From Antedon mediterranea (taxonomy: Eukaryota > Animalia > Echinodermata), in contig NC_092676.1 in NCBI RefSeq assembly GCF_964355755.1, positions 1,865,788-1,929,787 on the forward strand: DNA of 64,000 nt. Reading direction: 5' to 3'. Each line of letters opens with the position of its first letter. Within the stretch, counting starts at the first letter, position 1. The notes under the pieces were generated by a model. That model was not told the origin of the DNA. It saw only the letters and a program-made list of their open reading frames with translations, and ran no database searches. The translations under genes and the position numbers were made by a program. Below are positions 61,207-64,000 of the stretch, one piece after another.

Positions 61207-61925
61207 GGGCCTGTTTCTGCTGCAACTGCTCAAAATATGGTATAAAAATACGGTATAAAATACGGTATTTTTTATACCGTATTTTTTAGTACCCCGTTTC
61301 TGCTAACAATACTTCTTGGGTGGTCGTGTTAAATTTCCTCTTTTTTACCCAAATTGCCATTCATTTATTTGATCGATAATTAAAAGTCGCAATAAAGGAA
61401 GTTTTACGTCTCACTTTCAACAGCCTAGCCCTAGTGATAGAGATGTTGTGAGAGCACAGAAAACATCGTAATGGGGACAATTAATTCGTTCCCTCCCCGA
61501 GTTATTGTATTTTGCAATGTTGTACTGCTTTCGCAGGCTCTTCAGCTTTGAGTTTACTTGCTTTGGAGACCAGTCTATTCCATACTCCTGCTTTATTTTT
61601 TTAGAAATGTCTTTATAAATGTGGTTGTCCCTTTTATTACCTTTTAGTTGGCCAGACATTTTTGCTTCCCCACACACATTTATTTAGTAAAACTGTGACG
61701 TCTTTGCTCCACATTTTCGCTGAATATATCTATACACGTGTGTAAAGCAGCTGACAGCGACAGAAAATAAAAACATGAATGTTGATCTTTTGTCATGTAA
61801 AAAAAAAAAACGGTATTTTTTATTGGCAGCAGAAACGGGTATAATAATAAAATAAATTTGCAAATACCGTATTTTATCCACAAATTTTGTGGGGAAAATA
61901 CGGTATACAAAATACAGTATATTTT
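61207..61925 (-). mobile_element. Harbinger transposon remnant with a Myb/SANT-like (trihelix) coding fragment at 61417-61677
   Basis: IYKDISKKI...GIDWSPKQVNSKLKSLRKQY...CPHYD fits the Myb/SANT-like Harbinger accessory protein. It starts gggcctgtttctgc exactly where the family A MITE is cut, and has repeated aaaatacggtat motifs. Confidence 0.7.
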
Positions 61926-62036
61926 TTATGAGCGCAGTTAGTTTTTTCTTTTATGAGGCAGTATAAAATGTAGATAAAAGTAAATACATTACATAATAAA
62001 TGATATAATATTGTGCTGTTTATTTTGTTGTTTTAG

Positions 62037-62217
62037 GAATGCTTGTACAAATTGTGGTTGTATGCGGGAAGACCACGATTTAATACATGATAACCTAGTG
62101 ACAGTGTGTGAAAGGTTAGGCCTAGAACTCAAAGATCACAATGAAACAGAACGAACAAAAGAGGGAGCTATATCACTTGGATATTCATGGACACCAGTCG
62201 GTCTTTCAGCTTCAAAG
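62037..62217 (+). CDS. PET-LIM protein exon 3
   Basis: NACTNCGCMREDHDL...GYSWTPVGLSASK; splice phases consistent. Confidence 0.92.
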
Positions 62218-62570
62218 GTTTCGATATTTTATTCAATTATATGATAATAAAAATAGTTCATTCTTATATAGCGCATATAAGCAAGCTGTCAATGCGCTGT
62301 AGATCATAGTAAATAATGATGCGTAGATCATAATCATAATAATTTGTTCTTGATTTTATGCATTATCCTTTGTGCTTTACATAAATAAAAAATAATAAAA
62401 ATTAATCAAACTGTAAAAGAATTCATCAATAAAACTTGCTTGAACAATAAAGGCTAAGTTCACCCAAATTTCAATCCCTGGAACTATACTAGTCATATAT
62501 ATAAGAGTAGATATATTTCAAGGATCATTAATAGTTTACTGCAATATCTTTTTTTTTTCTCTTATTTCAG

Positions 62571-62807
62571 GTAGAAGAATTTATGAACTCGCTACCTAGT
62601 CCTATTATACCAAAGTTACACTCAGCCGGAGAAAAATACCGAGATCGTCAACTCATTTTACAGATACCAAAGCAGGACTTAGCGCCCGAATACTGTCGTC
62701 ATTTGAACGACTCTGTTGCCAGAGAGAATTTTTATCAGTTTTTGGATATCAGAGATGAGACAGCGTTTGGATTAGGACAAGTTGAAGATTATCTTACAGA
62801 TGACAAG
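62571..62807 (+). CDS. PET-LIM protein exon 4 (PET domain core)
   Basis: GEKYRDRQLILQIPKQDL..EYC; PKQD rather than PPHD points to the LIMPETin/LIM-9 subfamily. Confidence 0.92.
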
Positions 62808-63073
62808 GTTTGTATATTACAAAGGGATTAACAATATTTGATATTGTCATTTTAATACCAAATATGGTATCCATATAAGTTCAGTGTTTTTTTAATTTAG
62901 AAATAAATTTTGGACAATTAAATCAAGGTTTTAGAGTGGGTTTTAAATAGTAGACTACTTAACTGTGGGTTGAGCTTATACCAAAAGGTAGACGAATATG
63001 CTGGGCTGGGCTTATACCAAAAGGTGGAAAGGCTTCTAAGTTACTATTAATAAACTCTCATGATTGTTTACAG

Positions 63074-63289
63074 CCTTGTTCTAGATGTGGTAAAGATGTG
63101 GAAGCAGGTGAGATTGGGTTGTATGTTGATGGGAAGCAGGAGGAGGAGTGTTGGCATCCGGCCTGCTTCACCTGTACAACCTGTGAAGAGATTCTAGTTG
63201 ATCTCGCTCACTTTGTGAAGGATTCACAAATATACTGTGAACGCCATTATGCTGAGCTAATAATGCCACGATGTGCTGGCTGTGATGAG
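63074..63289 (+). CDS. PET-LIM protein exon 5 (LIM1 and start of LIM2); gene continues past the window
   Basis: CSRC...WHPACFTCTTC...YCERHYAE..PRCAGCDE then donor gtaaat. Confidence 0.93.
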
Positions 63290-63516
63290 GTAAATATTAT
63301 TATTTATTCTTTATACTGGGTAGCCTCTTCAGTCAAAGACTGTTCTCCTAGAGGGCCCAGTGTATATACATATATATGAGTGGCTGTGTGTGAACTAGTA
63401 CACTAGGACAACCCCCTACTCATTTTGAAAGATGTACTAGATTCTTTAAAGTCCACATGAGCCAGATGTACACTGGACCTACGGTTTATAGTCCTTATCC
63501 GAGAAAATATAAACTA

Positions 63517-63663
63517 CAGTCAACTCTCCCAATACCGGACATCTTTGGGCTGCCTGGCCTATTATGTCTGGTTTTCTAGAAAGTCTGGTGTGTTTTTAAT
63601 TATAAAAATGAATTTTGGACCTTTTAGATCTCAAGAAAAGTCCAGTATTAGGAGTGTTGACTG
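63517..63663. mobile_element. Tc1/mariner-type MITE
   Basis: ta-cagtcaactctcccaataccggac...gtccagtattaggagtgttgactg imperfect TIRs. Confidence 0.6.
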
Positions 63664-64000
63664 AAAACAAAAGTTTCCTTCTTTGTAATGTTCTTTAATA
63701 ATAAAAAAAGTGGGTCATATATTTGAGGTCAATGACCCAAAACAAACACTTCTTTATTGTCTGTGTTGGCAATGATTCCAGGTAAACCACATCCGTTTTA
63801 GCCTATGAGTGTGGGTGTATTGGCACCCCAAGGGCTAGCAGGAATCATTACTCTACCAGATGACCTACACAGTGGTCTCAGTATATACATGGATTTGAGC
63901 CTAGAATTGAAATACCAATATATGCATTTTTTAGCCATATAAATGATATTTATCTAAATAGAAAATATAATTTATTTACTCCTTCCATACAATAAAAACC

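Overview
AT-rich animal genomic DNA, probably an invertebrate deuterostome such as an echinoderm (inferred from gene content). From left to right: (1) the last two exons of TRAPPC3/BET3; (2) five minus-strand Ig-superfamily type I receptor genes with uninterrupted coding sequences, three of them with ITIM-like tails; (3) inside that cluster at 5.5-10.1 kb, four paralogous GC-rich structured non-coding RNA genes. Each has a PSE-like element and TATA box at fixed spacing, a terminal stem that stays paired as its sequence varies, and an oligo-T terminator. I cannot assign them to a known RNA family, and they are the most novel signal here; (4) a two-exon coiled-coil protein gene head-to-head with (5) a PET-LIM (LIMPETin/LIM-9-like) gene. 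Its 21-kb first intron holds an intact DIRS1-type retrotransposon inserted in a 55-bp satellite, plus five solo DIRS left-end fragments. MITEs, LINE ends, minisatellites and a tRNA-like gene with an ATC anticodon make up the rest. All alignments and folds were done by eye.
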